A DNA stretch of 64,000 nucleotides from Podarcis bocagei (taxonomy: Eukaryota). The notes under the pieces were generated by a model. It was not told the DNA's origin and did not search any database. It worked only from the letters and a program-made list of their open reading frames with translations. Where the stretch lies: the NCBI GenBank assembly GCA_964188305.1, contig OZ076886.1; one strand, given 5' to 3'. Positions 25,800 to 38,400 of the stretch are shown here, one piece after another; position 1 is the first letter of the stretch, and each line of letters starts with the position of its first letter. The position numbers and the translations under genes were made by a program.

Positions 25800-26320
25800 T
25801 TGCCGCGCAACACAGCGGGTGCTTTTTCCTTGGAGCCTATGCAGCAAAGCGCGTCTCACAGCAGCTCAACGCGCTTCCACAGCTGATCTGCAAAACCTGC
25901 TCAGCGAGGCACGCGCGCCCCACCTATTGCCACGGGGTTTTGCACGGCTGCGCCGGCGCGCGCGGAACACTGAGCCCGTGCGCCGAGCCTTGCGCATGCG
26001 TCCGGGGACCCGCGCTTTCCTTCCTCTCCCGCACCCTTCCATCGGCGTGTGTGGGCGTGGTTCTCCGCTGCCTAATTGGTCCCCCCCCCGAGCCCCGCCT
26101 GGGGGGGGGGAGGAGAGAGGGGAGGAGCTGCCGCCGCCGCCACCCGGGCTGTTAGAGGAAAAGTCGTTGCCGTGGAGACGGGAACGCTGCGGGCGGCGCG
26201 CGCGCGCCTGCTTTTGCGGGGAAAGTAGCGGTTCCCGCGGGTAGCGAGAGCTGGAGGGAGCCTGGGCATGATGAACAAGCCGGGAAAGAAGGACTCGCGC
26301 ACCAGTAAAACGCCCCCCGG
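25800..26320. promoter_or_regulatory. MYCBPAP CpG-island promoter with RFX X-box
   Basis: CpG-rich; GTTGCCGTGGAGAC at 26166-26179 (X-box); TGCGCATGCG at 25991-26000 (NRF1-type). Confidence 0.75.
26268..26319 (+). CDS. MYCBPAP: MYCBPAP exon 1
   Basis: MMNKPGKKDSRTSKTPP G|gtagga; phase 1 matches next exon. Confidence 0.75.
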
Positions 26321-26329
26321 TAGGAAAGG

Positions 26330-26375
<46 letters not shown>

Positions 26376-29300
26376 CAGCCCATCTGGCTGGGTTTCCCAG
26401 CCGCCTTGGGAAGGAAGCCGCCTTGCATTAAGCTCGTCATGGAGAGAGCATTTAATTTAAAAACAAAAGGTGCCCACAGGAGGAGCTTGCAGGGCGCTCT
26501 AGGGCCATTTTTCATACCACGGCGAAGGATGGAGGCAGGGGTGCGAAACTTGAATAAAATAGGGGGGTGGCGGGGCAGGTAAGCCCCACCCTGCATAATC
26601 GATCACATAACATGGCGCGCACACACCATTTGGCAGTGCCCATCAACTTTGCCGGGGTGGGGGGGCTCGGCCCCTTCAAATATTTTATTGGGGGCCTCGA
26701 AGTTGGATTCTGTGGGACGGAGGGGATGGGGCATGGGGGCTTATAGCTGGTATTTTACCCTCTAAGAGGCTGGTATTGAACGTTTAGGAACTTCCGTCTC
26801 TGATCTTAGAAGTTGCATACAGTGGTACCTCGGGTTACATACGCTTCAGGTTACAGACTCCACTAACCCAGAAATAGTACCTCGGGTTAAGAACTTTGCT
26901 TCAGGATGAGAACAGAAATCGTGCTCTGGCGGCGCGGCAGCAGCAGGAGGCCCCATTAGCTAAAGTGGTGCTTCAGGTTAAGAACAGTTTCAGGTTAAGA
27001 ACAGACCTCCGGAATGAATTAAGTTCTTAACCCGAGGTACCACTGTATTCAAGCAACATAGGAAGTTAGTTACCTTCCCGTTGTTGACCCGTAATGGCTG
27101 GCAGTCAGGGGTACAAACAGCTGAACTTGGAGTTGCCAGGAATTGAACCTGGGCCTTATGCACTATAACCTTAATTATCGTTGCACTTTTCTATAAGTTC
27201 TACAGGTTCCAGGATTAAGTGTTTGCTCAAACTAAGCCCCTTTCAGCTGAGGCATATGCTGGCAAAAGCTCCAGAGATCTCAGTCCTGGGATCACCATCT
27301 TCACAGAGGCAGAAAGTGGCAACAAAAGGGTGGTAGAGTCAAGCACAGTAAGAGAACAGGGTGCTGATTCTCCCGTGAGAGATCTTAACCGGGGTGTGTG
27401 TCTGCAAAGTGAGTGTGGGGCCATCATTCAGTGGCCTTTCAGTTGGCGGTTACAGTAATTTCTGACAGTAGAAAGAAAGTCCTTCTGCACTTTGTGTCGA
27501 ATTAATTTACAGAATTCGCTGCCACAAGAAGTGGCAATGATCACTGGCTTGGTTGGCTTTAAAAGGGGAGTAAACCAACGTGCAGAGGATAGGTCTGTGG
27601 CAGAAGTGTGTGGCTTCCATCAGGTCTCTGTGTAGAAAGAGATGTACTTCTCTAATAAGGCATAAACTTTCCTGTAAGGAAGCACAGAAATTCTTCTTTT
27701 TTTATAAATTTTTTATTGGTTTTACAAAATTTTTAAACAATACAAACAAATAAAAAGACATACAAACATGTATAATTTCATAACCTTTTTTTCATATCCC
27801 TCACTTCTCGGACAGAAATTCAGTGCTTAAATGTGTCATATGGTACATGTTTTTGTACAGGAGAGCTGCAAAAAGCATGGCGGGTTGACACAAGGAACCC
27901 CTTCTTTTCTGTGATTGTCCTGAGATGTTGGAATGCTTTGCCCTAGGAAATGCGGCTGGATATGAATCCGTGGATTAAATTACCTGCCTTGTTTTGAAGC
28001 TATAAGCCATAGTTTCTGGGTTTGTCCATAACAGGAAGCTGCTGGTTAAGTGCTGGGTCCTGGTTTGTTCCAGGCATAGGCAAATTCCAGCCCTCCAGAT
28101 GTTTGGGACTACAATTCCCATCATCCCTGACCACTTGTCCTGTTAGCTAGGGATGATGGGAATTGTAGTTCCAAACATCTGGAGGGTGGAGTTTGCTTAT
28201 GCCTGGTTCAGCCGCTCATGCAAAGGGAGAATTGAAGTGGCCAGGAAGAGTCTTGCAACATCCCACATACAACTCATGCATATTCTTGGCTTGTTGGGTA
28301 GGAGTGTGACCTGTATCTGGATTGAAGCCAGAATGTTGTGTGATTCCAATATACACTAGGGATGGAGCAATACTTTTTCTTTGCCCTGCGATTCTACCGA
28401 ACTTTAAACAATGTTTTCAGATTGATGAGTGAAATGGAATTTTTGTAGAAAACGAAGGAATTGTGTTTCAGAAAAGAAGAGGCAAAAAACATATGAGCAG
28501 CCTTCCTCTCCGGTTCAAGAAGAGCCGGAACCTGTGAGCTGTGTATTGCAAGGAGATGAAATCCAGGCTCTAGCCATCAAGTTGGAAGACTTGGAAAAGG
28601 TGGGTATAGGATGTCAGCAGTCTTTGTGGAAGGCTAGGGTAGCTTCCTAGTGGTGCAGGAATCAAACTGCTAGCACATTAGTGAAGCCAAACAGGGTCTG
28701 GTGTGGTTTCGAATTGGATGCGGAACTGTGTGTTGAGATTCTTGCATTGCATGGTGTTGGACTACAATACCCTAAGGTCCTTTCCAACTCTACAATTCCT
28801 TCTTTGTTTTTCTCTCCTAAGAATTTCTTTTACCACCTGAACGTGTAAATTTTTTGCCATGGATCCCAGTTTCATGTTTCACTCTAGTGATAATTTCATT
28901 GGGGCTGTGTTTTGTTTCGGTAGCTCCGTACTGCACAACTGCCTCAAGAAGAGAAAGAGAAAGAGAAAATTCCTGTGACCAAGAAGTACCTCATTCGCAA
29001 ATCCAAGCCCCAAGAAGTTGGGAAGAAGGCATATTTCCTGGTTGCTTATCCAACTACTTCAGATGAAACCAAGAAATCACTGCAATATTCTGGTATAGTC
29101 AATCTTCAGTTTTTATTCCAGAGTGACCTATGCTAGTTATTGGAAATTCCTGAATAGTTGTTGGAAGTTTTGGTTTTTTTAAAAAAATATCTCTGAGGTT
29201 TGACCTATACAATGGGTCTGATCTATGATTTATTGTTTTGCTGTCTTTGTTGTAGGTCTAGAAGAACCGGTTGTTGATAATTTTGGATATATCCTCCCCC

Positions 29301-32300
29301 ATAGCATATTAGGAACTCTCCAGGAATTCAAGCAAGAAGCTACAAAAAGAGGACAGGATCAGGTTGGTTTCAGCTGATGTATGTAGTATTATTTTGCGGG
29401 TTGATTGAGCAGGCATCCCTCAAGGACCTTTTTATGCCAGCAGAACCATGTAGCTGTTTAAACTTTCTAAGCCTGCCATTTTACTGGTGATTTTGTCTGA
29501 CTTCCTCCATTATATATAGAGAGAGACAGACAGACAGACAGACCTACTTTTATCCAATGCAGCACTAAGTAAGCATCTCATCAGAGCAAAGATATATGCT
29601 TTTGGAACAGGACGTTCTCATTCTGTCCCATGTGTCTCACACCTTCCTCAAATCTGCTCTGGAGGGTTAGGGGGAACCTCCAGAACAGATTTAGAGGTTG
29701 AATAGGAGGGTGGGGAGTCCTGTAAAGGGACCCCTGACCATTAGGTCCAGCCGTGGCCGACTCTGGGGTTGTGGTGCTCATCTCACTTTATTGGCTGAGG
29801 GAGCCAGTGTACAGCTTCCAGGTCATGTGGCCAGCATGACTAAGCCGCTTCTGGTGAACCAGAGCAGCGCACGGAAACGCCGTTTACCTTCCCGCTGGAG
29901 CGGTACCTATTTATCTACTTGCACTTTGATGTGCTTTCGAACTGCTAGGTTGGCAGGAGCAGGGACCGAGTAACGGGAGCTCACCTCGTCGCGGTGATTT
30001 GAACCGTCAACTTTCTGATCGGCAAGTCCTAGGCTCTGTGGTTTAACCCACAGCGCCACCCGGGTCCCTACCAAGTTCTTAGGAGCTTTCTATTCCGGTT
30101 TGGCTCTTGTGTGTCCTTTGGCTGGTGCCAGCCTCCATTTCATCGTGGTATCTCCCTGTTCTCCATTCACGTGATCTGTGAATTCTGACCCTCTGGGAGC
30201 TATACATTCAGGATGCATCAGGAGAGCTCACCCTGTCGCGGGGATTCGAATCGCCGACCATCTGATTGGCAAGCCCTAGGCTCTGTGGTTTAACCCACAG
30301 CGCCACTCACATCCCGGGGAGTCCTGTTACACAAGCTTAAAACCTAGCACAGATGGGACACTTTTAGATTGGATACAAGTCATGAATACCTTTGTGCATG
30401 CCCAGAACAGAAAAAAGTCAGGGGAAGGACTCATTGAGGTGAGCCACATCACTCACCTACTGCTGCTCCAGATACATTCCATCAGGCTCTGCCCGCTGGT
30501 GCAGATGATGAGTGGCAGAATGGCAATGATGGTAGAGAATGGGACTCTTAATCTCAGGGTCGTGGGTTTGAACCCCACATTGGGCAAAAGATTCCTGCAT
30601 TGCAGGGGGTTAGACTGGATCCTCCTTGTGGTCCCTTACAATTCTATATTTTTTTTATTTAAAAAATAATAATTAAAAATTTCTTAGATGATGATAATAA
30701 TAATTTATTTGTACCCCGCCCATCTGGCTGGGTTTCGCCAGCTACTCTGGGCGGCTTCCAACAAAGATTTAAAATGCATTAAAATGTCACACATTAAAAA
30801 CTTCCCTAAAGAGGGCTTCCTTCAGATGTCTTCTAAATGTCAGGTAGTTGTTTATCTCTTTGACATCTGGTGGGAGGGCATTGTCTCTCTTGTTGTGAGA
30901 CATTAGTGTTGCATGCAGTAGTAGGTTGGGAAGGAAAGAAGGGGAGGGGGGAATGGTGGGTGGGGTGGCGTGGCAATGCTTCTATTCTTCTGCTCAGTGT
31001 ATGTGTGGGGTTTCATGTGAGCGTCACTTGTGCGGGTTCTGTTTCTATTTGCTTGTTCGATTTCCTTGGTGGAGAGAGGTTGGGGGCGGTCTAGGGTGTG
31101 GTTGGTTGCCTTTGGTTGGCTGTAGTGAGATTTGTTTAGTTGTGTGAGATGGTGGGTTTTTGGGTCAGGTTAGCCATATTGATTTGTTTGCTGTCAGCGG
31201 ATTCTTGTTGTTGTCTTCCTGGGCTATGTACGTGATAAAGGGGAACTATACCAGTATGAAGGTCAACTTTACAATTCTATGATTGTGACTGAAAAATCTG
31301 GGCTATAACAGGCCCAATAAAGATCCAGGAACATCTGGATGCGGCCAACCTGTTTGCAATATAAGGCTTCTGTCTGGAATTGCCTGGAGTTATGTGTTAA
31401 TTTAACATCACAGTAATCCGAGTTTATGCACCAACTACTGGTGCTGAAGAAACTGAAATTGACCAATTCTATGAAGACTTACAAGACCTTATAGAAGTGA
31501 CACCAAAGAAGGATGTTCTGCTCATTATAGGGGATTGGAATGCTAAAGTAGGGAATCAAGAGATAAAAGGAACAACTGGCAAGTTTGGCCTTGGAGATCA
31601 AAACGAAGCAGGGCAAAGGCTAATAGAGTTCTGTCAAGAGAACAAGCTGGTCATCACAAACACGCTTTTCCAACAACACAAGAGACGACTCTACACATGG
31701 ACATCCCCAGATGGGCAACATCGAAATCAGATTGATTATATTCTCTGCAGCCAAAGATGGAGAAGCTCTATACAGTCAGCAAAAACAAGACCTGGAGCTG
31801 ACTGTGGCTCAGATCATCAGCTTCTTATAGCAAAATTCAAGCTTAAACTGAAGAAAGTAGGAAAAACCACTGGACAGGTAAGATACAATCTAAACCAAAT
31901 CCCTTATGAATACACAGTGGAAGTGAGGAACAGGTTTAAGGATTTAGATTTGCTGGACAGAGTGCCTGAAGAACTATGGGTGGAGGCTCGCAACATTATA
32001 CAGGAGGCAGCAACTAAAACCATCCCAATAAAAAAGAAATGCAAGAAAGCAAAGTGGCTGTCCAACGAGGCCTTACAAATAGCGGGGGAGAGAAGGCAAG
32101 CAAAATGCGAGGGAGATAGTGAAAGATACAGGAAATTGAATGCAGATTTCCAAAGAATAGCAAGGAGAGACAAGAAGGCCTTCTTAAACGAGCAATGCAA
32201 AGAAATAGAGGAAAGCAACAGAATGGGAAGAACCAGAGATCTGTTCAAGAAAATCGGAAATATGAAAGGAACATTTCGTACAAAGATTACCATAATAAAG

Positions 32301-35300
32301 GACAAAAGTGGTAAAGACCTAACTGAAGCAGAAGACATCAAGAAGAGGTGGCAAGAATACACAGAGGAATTATACCAGAAAGATATGGATGTCTCGTACA
32401 CCCCAGGTAGTGTGGTTGCTGACCTTGAGCCAGACATCCTGGAGAGTGAAGTCAAATGGGCCTTAGAAAGCACTGCAAATAACAAGGCCAGTGGAAGTGA
32501 TGGTATTCCAGCTGAACTGTTTAAAATTTTAAAAGATGATGCTGTTAAAGTGCTACACTCAATATGCCAGCAAGTTTGGAAAACTCAGCAGTGGCCAGAA
32601 GACTGGAGAAGATCAGTCTACATCCCAATCCCAAAGAAAGGCAGTGCCAAAGAATGCTCCAACTACTGCACAATTTCACTCATTTCACACGCTAGCAAGG
32701 TTATGCTTAAAATTCTACAAGGAAGGCTCAAGCAGTATGTGGACCGAGAACTCCCAGAAGTGCAAGCTGGATTTAGAAGAGGCAGAGGAACCAGAGACCA
32801 AATTGCAAACATGCGCTGGATTATGGAGAAAGCTAGAGAGTTCCAGAAAGACATCTACTTCTGCTTCATTGACTATGCAAAAGCCTTTGACTGTGTTGAC
32901 CACAGGAAACTATGGCAAGTTCTTAAAGAAATGGGAGTGCCTGATCACCTCATCTGTCTCCTGAGAAATCTCTATGTGGGACAAGAAGCTACAGTTAGAA
33001 CTGGATATGGAACAACTGATTGGTTCCAAATTGGGAAAGGAGTACGGCAAGGCTGTATATTGTCTCCCTGCTTATTTAACTTATATGCAGAATTCATCAT
33101 GCGAAAGGCTGGGCTGGATGAATCCCAAGCCGGAATTAAGATTGCCGGAAGAAATATCAACAACCTCAGATATGCAGATGACACAACCTTGATGGCAGAA
33201 AGTGAAGAGGAATTAAAGAACCTTTTAATGAGGGTGAAAGAGGAGAGCGCAAAATATGGTCTGAAGCTCAACATCAAAAAAACGAAGATCATGGCCACTG
33301 GGCCCATCACCTCCTGGCAAATAGAAGGGGAAGAAATGGAGGCAGTGAGAGATTTTACTTTCTTGGGCTCCATGATCAGTGCAGATGGTGACAGCAGTCA
33401 CGAAATTAAAAGACGCCTGCTCCTTGGGAGAAAGGCGATGGCAAACCTAGACAACATCTTAAAAAGCAGAGACATCACCTTGCCAACAAAGGTACGTATA
33501 GTAAAAGCCATGGTTTTCCCAGTAGTGATGTATGGAAGTGAGAGCTGGACCATAAAGAAGGCTGATCGTCGAAGAATTGATGCTTTTGAATTATGGTGCT
33601 GGAGGAGACTCTTGAAAGTCCCATGGACTGCAAGAAGATCAAACCTCTCCATTCTGAAGGAAATCAGCCCTGAGCGCTCACTGGAAGGACAGATCGTGAA
33701 GCTGAGGCTCCAATACTTTGCCACCTCATGAGAAGAGAAGACTCCCTGGAAAAGACCCTGATGTTGGGAAAGATGGAGGGCACAAGGAGAAGGGGACGAC
33801 AGAGAATGAGATGGTTGGATGGTGTTCTTGAAGCTACCAGCATGAGTTTGATCAAACTGCGGGAGGCAGTGGAGGACAGAAGTGCCTGGCGTGCTCTGGT
33901 CCATGGGGTCACGAAGAGTCGGACACGACTAAACGACTAAACAACAACAACAACAAATGTGTTAATTAGTGATAAAGTTTGCAGTCACACAAACTTTTAA
34001 TGTGATAAATAAATAGTGGGTGCATTGCATGAGGTCAGTATCTTGCCTATTTGAGGGTTGTTGTTTTTTCGCTGTTGTGCCCTATACAGTGGTACCTCGG
34101 GTTACAGACGCTTCAGGTTACAGACTCCGCTAACCCAGAAAGTTAGCGGGAAAGATGTTGGGAAAGATGGAGGGCACAAGGAGAAGGGGACGACAGAGAA
34201 TGAGATGGTTGGATGGTGTTCTTGAAGCTACCAGCATGAGTTTGATCAAACTGCGGGAGGCAGTGGAGGACAGAAGTGCCTGGCGTGCTCTGGTCCATGG
34301 GGTCACGAAGAGTCGGACACGACTAAACGACTAAACAACAACAACAACAAATGTGTTAATTAGTGATAAAGTTTGCAGTCACACAAACTTTTAATGTGAT
34401 AAATAAATAGTGGGTGCATTGCATGAGGTCAGTATCTTGCCTATTTGAGGGTTGTTGTTTTTTCGCTGTTGTGCCCTATACAGTGGTACCTCGGGTTACA
34501 GACGCTTCAGGTTACAGACTCCGCTAACCCAGAAATAGTACCTCGGGTTAAGAACTTTGCTTCAGGATGAGAACAGAAATTGTGTGGCGGTGGCAGCAGA
34601 GGCCCCATTAGCTAAAGTGGTACCTCAGGTTAAGAACAGTTTCAGGTTAAGAACGGATCTCCAGAACAAATTAAGTTCTTAACCCAAGGTACCACTGAAT
34701 GGGAATTAAAGCCTGCATCACTGTTTTTGTTTTTCCTCCCCCAGGTAGCAAGACTAGTTCCTGATGAATTACTTCATGGAGCGTCAGTCCAACTTTTGGG
34801 GAGGTTCAGAGAGAAGCGCGAGGAAGAAAAGAAAAGCGCCCCGTCACCTTCGCAGCAGCACATGGCCCTTCAGAACTGGAACCGCAACATGATGCTCAGG
34901 AGGATGCAGCAGAAAAGGCTGTGTGGTAAATAAAATATTGCAGCAAGCGAGTTGCAGGCATTCCCAAATAAACCTAGATGCACCCATGTTAGTGATGGCG
35001 GCTGATGGCACTCACTCCAGTGCTGACAAGTGCCTTTTCTATCTTTGACTGGAGGGAAGGTTTTAAGTAAGGGAGACAGTGTGGTGTAGTGGGTAGAGGA
35101 CTGGACTAGGAGCAAATTCCCACTCGGCCATCAAGCTCACTGGGTGTGACTTTTGGGGCCGGACACTTTCTGTCAGCCTAACCTACCTCACGGACTTGTT
35201 GTGAGGATAAAATTGAGAGTTGGGGAGGGGGGAAAGTAGAGATGTGCACGCCACCTTCTGAGCAACTTGGAGAAAAGGTGGGGTGTATATTCCGTAATTA

Positions 35301-35376
35301 ATAATAAGTGATTCTAAGTGTGGAGCTATAACCCAGAGCATAGGGCACGTGCCATGTGGATTTCCTAGACCTCGAG

Positions 35377-35420
<44 letters not shown>

Positions 35421-38400
35421 TTATTTATAATAATAATTTATTATTTATTAATATTCTCTGGGCGGCTTCCAAAAGAATATTAAAATACTGTGATACATCA
35501 AACATTAAAAGCTTCCCTAAACAGGGCTACCTTCAGATGTCTTCTAAAAGGGACTGGCCTGCAGCACGAGAACAACTGTCTGCCTGTTTGTTTTGTTTTT
35601 AGAATGTCTCCACAAATCGGAAAGCAGGCTGCTGATGAACTTTGCAGAGAGTTACAGAAAAATCCAGGAACAGCGTACTCTAATTGACCGCAGCCTCCCT
35701 TTTCTGTACCTCGGAAAGGTGACTGTTCCTGATAGCTTACTTCGGGTGACGTTTGAGGAGACTTGTGACAAATTCCACGTCTGCGTAGTTAAGCGTGTTG
35801 TGCACACGCACCCTCGAAGTACAGTGGTACCTCGGATTACATACGCTTCAGGTTACATACACTTCAGGTTACACATTCCGCTAACCCAAAAATAGTGCTT
35901 CAGGTTAAGAACTTTGCTTCAGGATGAGAACAGAAATCGGGCTCCGGCGGCACAGCAGCAGCAGGAGGCCCCATTAGCTAAAGTGGTGCTTCAGGTTAAG
36001 AACAGTTTCAGGTTAAGAATGGACCTCTGGAACGAATTAAGTACTTAACCCGAGGTACCACTGTATTTGGGGGTGGGGGGTGGAATGCAAGTTAGTCAGC
36101 TGGGCTTGAACCATTGCTCCAAATGCACCCCCGCAAATGGTAAGATTAAGGTGTTGAATACGGATGTCGAAGGCAAATGTTTAGCTGTAGCAAACCTTTG
36201 CAGCAGCACGTGAGATTTGTCTGGAGCAAGGCAAACTATGAGCCTTGGGTCAAATAGCCAGACTAAGGCAAACCGTGGCTTAGCTCACGGCAAGTTCAGC
36301 AGGGAGGGAGGAGAAAATAATACAGTCACAGCCTCCTCTCCAGGAACTTGCACGCTTGTACATTCATGCAAAGTCATGGTTTGGCTCAGCTTTGCATGAG
36401 AACCTTCTTGTTACTTCTTAGCTTCAGAACGGTAAGATCGGCAGATGGGAAAGGCACAATAACTCTGCAGTATTTTCTGTAACATAATCATAAAAAATTA
36501 ACATTCAGTCAACATTTTATTTCTGTTTCAACATGCAAACATTAAGTCACCATTTAGTTGTTTTTAATATCTACTTCATCAGATTTGTCATATGCCTTGG
36601 TGCCTTTTCACGTCACTGATTTTGAACTTTCGTTGGCTGTGTTGCTTTGAGTGATTTTTTAAAAAGTAAACTAGAAAAGCAGGGTCATAAATACAGAGAT
36701 AATATCAAAGCAGGGTTTGATGGAGAGTAATTACAGATAACAAGAAGAGGTCAGGAGGTCACTTTGGTCATCCTTAAACCGAGCAGCTCTTCATAATCCT
36801 GAGTCGTATCCTTACCTTGTGTTCTTATTTCCCCCGCGTTGTACCCACATTTTATCCTGTGTCGCAAAACCAAACCAAAGCTATGTGACCTTCTGCTTTC
36901 TTTCCTAGGGCTTCAATGTAGGGACTGAATTCTGGAACCAGCCTGTTCTCATTGGAGATGAGGTCAATGGACTGGCGGTGACAATGGGCCAAAGCGAGCT
37001 TGGCTTCCCAGAAGAAGTCACTCACATTGGCAAACCTCGCAGCATCTGGAAGGAGATGGGTGAGGCACCACGAGCCTATCGGGCTATCCGGGGGGGGGGG
37101 CAGGTTGCCTAGAATGACTTCAAAGGGGTAGAGTCATTTCCTGTTCCTTTGTTGCAAATGTGATCTTGCAGTCATCCTGCATTTGGGCAGTGGCGCGGCA
37201 TCCACCTGCGGCACTGTTTGCCGTCGGGCCCTAATAAGGACTACTGAGATGGTATATACGAAAAAAATTTGGAGACCGCTTTTCTGCATTGATAGAATGT
37301 CCCTACTATTCCCAGCCAGGATTAATATTAAGCAGGTGTGTGCAGGCAACAGAATAGAGCAGGCATAGGCAACCTTTGGCTCTCCAGATGTTTTGGACTA
37401 CAATTCCCAAAACATCTGGAGGGCCAAAGGTTGCCTATGCCTGCAATAGTGCAACTTGTACAGCACGTTGGCGACAAATATTCACACAGTTGTTCAAAAA
37501 TAATTTTACACCATTTATCAAATATGTGCGAAAGAGACGGTTACTTACAAAGTGCCATGAAAACTTACAAACTAGCGGTACCTAAAATAAAGTGAACTTG
37601 CAATATCAGATTTTACTAGGTTCTTACAATTTCTTCACTCAGTTTTTCATTTTTTTCTTGTTTTTTAAATAAGTTCAAGAAGATTCAAGAAAAGGGTAAG
37701 TTCAACGTTGTTCCCGGTAGCTGTGAGGTGCTGATGAAGCAGCATATGAAGTAATAAATAATAGAGTGCCAGCGTTCTATCCCTGTTTCGCCCTAGTAGT
37801 CCAAGAAATTGTCTCTTTGGCGGATAGCACACTCCCTGAGCACAGTTTTCTGGGCTTCTTCAGTTGTCTTGTGCCATTGATGCGTCTACTAGTGCTAAAT
37901 ATCTTTAAAGAGACAATTTCTTGGCTTAAGCATACAAGACTGAATAGCCAACCCCAACAAATTGGCCCCACCGGGGGCGAAACAGCAGCCTCTCAACTGC
38001 ATGGACTGCCCTCCCCCCAAAGTCTGAAAGCAAAACCTGAATGCTAGATTCCTGTAGAGGAAAATGATCGCAGCATGCTGTTAGGTGCCACCACATCTGA
38101 GTGCTTTCCCCCCATTGCTGATTATCTCATATGAGGTGGTGCAGGGAGGGGTTGTGTGTTTGTACCCAGAAAAGCCATAGAAATCTCCAAGCTGCTTGGG
38201 AGCTAGATTTTCTGTTCAGATCAGCTTGAATCAGTCAGAAACTGCTATAGCTAAGCTCGCAGCTTGGCATTCATGAGCACATTTTCTATTGAGAAACCTT
38301 AAAGCTCAGTGAGTGTATATATCTGTGGGTCACATTTGGGCGTTCCCCACAGGTACCAGACCTTCAAAATACCTCAGTTTCCATCGCACCTGGGAGAAGA

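Noticed and set aside
25158-26582. Poly-Ile and poly-Asn ORFs
   Set aside because: Translations of (AAT)n arrays; only 26268-26319 is supported as coding
31904-33912. Antisense and alternate-frame ORFs over BovB
   Set aside because: Shadows of the RT ORF
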